Shown piece by piece: positions 62,508 through 64,000 of a DNA stretch of 64,000 nucleotides (its first letter is position 1; each line of letters opens with the position of its first letter). Source of the stretch: an uncultured delta proteobacterium. Its GTDB lineage: Bacteria > Desulfobacterota > Desulfobaccia > Desulfobaccales > 0-14-0-80-60-11. A model generated the notes under the pieces. That model was given only the letters and a program-made list of their open reading frames with translations, searched no databases and was not told where the DNA came from. Position numbers and translations under genes: made by a program. The DNA lies in assembly GCA_963812015.1 (NCBI GenBank), contig CAWETI010000002.1:384001-448000 (forward strand), written 5' to 3'.

Positions 62508-62951
62508 AGTATATAATTCCCTTTTTAAAGGGCATCATTACCGACCGATTCCTTGCGGTGAGCAATCGAACAATCACGGTATATCGACTTGCCCACTTGC
62601 CATTTATCCCACAGATAATCACCTACTCCAGTTTTCCCACATAAACTTGCCTCAAGCGACCCCAAAACGCCATCGAGAGGCATACCCTGTGGGTATCCCA
62701 GGGGTAGACGCTGATCGTTCAAATTTGGGGCTTGAGAGGGCACTTTACCAAGGGAATTTCAACTCTGGCGGCGCCGGTAGAGGTATGTAGTTTTTCCGCC
62801 TTCAAAACGTTTAGTGTGGGGGCATGGACGGTATCCTTCGTTTCGATATGGCGATCATATATATAACTCACTGGAATTTTAAAGAAGTTATGCTAGTGGC
62901 AAGCTCTAGAAACTTTTGTATCCTAAGTTTCCGCTTTCTCTTTGGCAAATC

Positions 62952-63015
62952 ATCTATGGCTTGACTTGACCCCCATCCTAACTTAAAAATTGGTAAATTT
63001 GCTGGGGGCAGGTCA
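62952..63015 (+). mobile_element. Isolated right-end remnant of a related IS3 copy
   Basis: ATCTATGGCTTGACTTGACCCCCATCCTAACTTAAAAATTGGTA...GGGGGCAGGTCA aligns with the reverse complement of 57450-57513. Confidence 0.85.
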
Positions 63016-63026
63016 AGGGGAGAAAC

Positions 63027-64000
63027 ATGAAAGGGAAACAAAATTCTCAAGGAAAAGAAAGCATTCGCACGGGAACCAGCCCGGAGATTCTGGCCCAGGC
63101 CCTCCTGGACAACCTCTACTATGTCCAGGGGCGTCTCCCCGAACTAGCCACTAGGAACGACTGGTATATGGCCCTGGCCTATACGGTGCGTGACCGGCTG
63201 TTGCAGAGCTGGCTCGAGACCATCAGTGCCCTGGGGCGAGAGGCCAGAATCGTCAGCTACCTTTCGGCCGAATTCTTGCTGGGGCCGCAGTTGGGGAACA
63301 GCCTCATCAGTCTGGGCATCTGGAAGCCGGTCCGGGAAGCTGTGGCCCGGCAAGGGCTGAACCTGGAGGATCTCCTGGAACAGGAGGAGGAGCCTGGATT
63401 GGGCAACGGCGGCCTGGGGAGGCTGGCCGCCTGCTACCTGGACTCCCTGGCTACTCTGGAGGTTCCCGCCATTGGCTACGGCATCCGCTACGAGTTCGGC
63501 ATTTTCGACCAGGAAATCCGGGACGGCTGGCAGGTGGAGATAACGGACCAGTGGCTGGCCCTGGGCAACCCCTGGGAGCTCTGCCGCCCCGAAATCACCT
63601 ATCGGGTAGGCTGGAAGGGGCACACCGAAACCTATAGCGATGCTGCGGGATTCCAACGGGTGCGCTGGGTCCCGGGCATGATGGTTAAAGGTGTGGCCTA
63701 CGACTATCCCGTACCCGGCTATCGGACCAAGTTCACCAATCTCCTCCGCCTGTGGAAGTCGGAGGCCGTGGAGTCCTTCGACTTCCAGGACTTCAACGTG
63801 GGCGACTACTACGGCGCCGTGCAGGAGAAAGTGATCTCGGAGACGGTCACCAAGGTGCTCTACCCCAATGATGAACCGGAGGTCGGCAAGAGAATCCGAT
63901 TAGCCCAGCAGCACTTTTTCGTTTCCTGCTCCCTTCAGGACATGCTGCGCATTCACCTCTTGCGCGGCCATAGCCTGGACGCCTTCCATAAAACCTATGC
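63027..64000 (+). CDS. glgP: Glycogen/starch/alpha-glucan phosphorylase, 5' part; runs off the window
   Basis: Manual translation: YMALAYTVRDRL, YLSAEFLLG, EEPGLGNGGLGRLAACYLDSLATL, GYGIRYEFGIFDQ, TKVLYPND. Confidence 0.95.
   Translation, partial: MKGKQNSQGKESIRTGTSPEILAQALLDNLYYVQGRLPELATRNDWYMALAYTVRDRLLQSWLETISALGREARIVSYLSAEFLLGPQLGNSLISLGIWKPVREAVARQGLNLEDLLEQEEEPGLGNGGLGRLAACYLDSLATLEVPAIGYGIRYEFGIFDQEIRDGWQVEITDQWLALGNPWELCRPEITYRVGWKGHTETYSDAAGFQRVRWVPGMMVKGVAYDYPVPGYRTKFTNLLRLWKSEAVESFDFQDFNVGDYYGAVQEKVISETVTKVLYPNDEPEVGKRIRLAQQHFFVSCSLQDMLRIHLLRGHSLDAFHKTY

Larger units (their letters stand above)
61733..62521. mobile_element. Non-autonomous IS1595-like cassette (789 bp) carrying passenger ORFs
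   Basis: 22-bp TIRs GGGAATTATCTACTTAACTCCC and reverse complement GGGAATTATATACTTTAGTCCC (19 of 22 match); 8-bp direct repeat TTTTTAAA at 61725-61732 and 62522-62529; no transposase inside. Confidence 0.85.

Noticed and set aside
63144..63656. 170-aa minus-strand ORF
   Set aside because: It is antisense to glgP, which the ORF track missed because it runs off the window.

Overview
GC-rich bacterial window. Gene content suggests an anaerobic deltaproteobacterium, probably Desulfobacca/Syntrophobacterales-like (inference). 1-21 kb is mostly housekeeping and metabolic: class III PHA synthase phaEC plus a tandem-GAF protein, a liv-type ABC transporter, nrfHA plus a cytochrome c, lepA-hemW, and hydrogenase maturation genes. 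The most intriguing block is 21.4-30.9 kb. It holds a FadL-type lipid porin and an overlapping LpxL-like acyltransferase/enolase-superfamily pair, transcribed divergently from a soluble V4R-GAF-PAS-PAS histidine kinase and three near-identical NarL-type regulators. A recurring palindrome (TYAGGGAWTCCCYRA-like) sits in their promoter regions. This may be an undescribed lipid-signal synthesis/import/sensing circuit (hypothesis). It is followed by an AAA+ ATPase and a prokaryotic E2-like gene (remnant of a ubiquitin-like system), an ECF sigma/anti-sigma pair, a sulfotransferase, a cold-shock protein, mdtABC plus outer-membrane factor, and kdpDE. A tRNA-Pro 3' fragment at 54.8 kb looks like an att site and borders a decayed accessory region. 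That region contains ggt and AKR pseudogenes, a complete IS3 element, a second IS3 end, and a transposase-less IS1595-like cassette with an 8-bp target duplication carrying a zinc-knuckle gene. The window ends in a partial glgP. No CRISPR array, rRNA or intact tRNA was seen.
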